Source: the human T2T-CHM13v2.0 reference genome, Homo sapiens. Taken from it: a DNA stretch of 64,000 nt. Of this stretch, positions 63,014 through 64,000 are shown one piece after another (position 1 is the stretch's first letter; every line of letters starts with the position of its first letter). The notes beneath the pieces are model-generated. The model did not search any database. It saw only the letters and a program-made list of their open reading frames with translations, and was not told the DNA's origin. The translations under genes and the position numbers were made by a program. Location of the stretch: the NCBI RefSeq assembly GCF_009914755.1, contig NC_060946.1; one strand, 5' to 3'.

Positions 63014-64000
63014 TCACTGCTGGAAAGGACTCCCTCTCCCCAACCCCAGCATGACAAAGACAAAGTCACCACCCAGTTCTGGCTCCACAGGCCCAGGCCT
63101 CTCTGCCCTGGTTTTCTCTGGAGGGGGGAAGAGAAATGGGCATTTGTCTCTGATTTTGCCTCCCCACTCCCTCAATTCTCCCCACCAGAAACTCAGTGTT
63201 TTCTAGGACCAGAGGCGGTGGCAGTAGAATGAAACAGAGCTGCCTCACTGCAGCCTTTCCAGGAGGGGATATGTGATTCATTGTCCAGACTAAAGCCCCT
63301 TAGAAACTCAGCAATCCCCTCCCCCAGCCTCTCCCGCCACGGGCAGCCAATGAATGCCACCCGGATGGAATTCAGTCCCCAGAGGCCAGCAGTGGAGCCT
63401 TAAGTCCCCAGCTGGGCTGGTAAGCCAGATGCCCGCCTGAGCAGGTGGGCAGGGGCTGCCTGACCGGTAAGACTGGTTCCTGGTCGGGGCCCTCTGAGGG
63501 AGTTCTCCATCCCTGTGTTCACACACACAAGGTCCTACAATCCAGGTTAAAACCGGCCTTTTAGGAGAAAAACAAAATCACCCTCTGCTCCCAGACAAGT
63601 CCTCAGTTCCCCAACAGGCTAACTAGAAAGTGAACCTACATAGAGATCCTGTCCCCATTCCTTTCTGTCCTGAAAACATAAAGGGGCTCGTGGGTCCCAT
63701 TAGGCTCTAGAGCTACCAGGTCAGAGCAGATCAAAGCTTTTGGTGTTAAGCAGCAGCTCTGGGTGACCAGCTCTGTGTCCCATGATCCCAGGGTGGTGTG
63801 AGAGGCACAGCTGGAGTCTACTGATCAGGATGGCCAGTGTTCTGTGTTGGGGAATCTGGTGCCTCAAGAGTGTAGGGAGTCCCAGATGCACTTGTTCCAG
63901 TACCTCCCTCGGCAGCCATTCAAGCGGGGAAGTCGCTGGAGGAGCCCAGTCTCCCGCCCCCAGAGGGGGCCCCACGCCTGGTGCCGGAAACACAAAGGGA

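Overview
Human/great-ape genomic DNA that I recognise as the chr22q12.2 LIMK2–PIK3IP1–PATZ1 interval; the identification comes from the translated exons plus recalled annotation, with no database search. The window holds: (1) the probable last ~60 nt of the LIMK2 3'UTR (+); (2) the complete 6-exon PIK3IP1 gene (−; 792-nt CDS, 263 aa; signal peptide, kringle, TM, cytoplasmic tail); (3) a ~33-kb repeat-dense intergenic stretch (Alu, L1, L2, MIR, Tigger3a, MER1B, half MADE1, 5S pseudogene) probably traversed by the divergent lncRNA PIK3IP1-DT; (4) the 3' part of PATZ1 (−; exons 2–5 plus an alternative terminal exon, a GC-AG intron and a dual-frame cassette exon). Almost all other ORFs in the supplied track are Alu/L1 or chance ORFs. 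I find no convincing new gene system. The most unusual signals are local templated DNA-copying events: a ~200-bp copy of nearby unique sequence, carrying a splice acceptor, pasted into an Alu; an inverted partial copy of the 5S pseudogene that includes its flank; a perfect fold-back palindrome inside an Alu; and an STR that triplicated its own TSD. There is also a promoter-like FOXO/NF-Y/E-box CpG island inside PIK3IP1. Repeat boundaries are approximate (about ±10–20 nt); exon boundaries were counted to the base.
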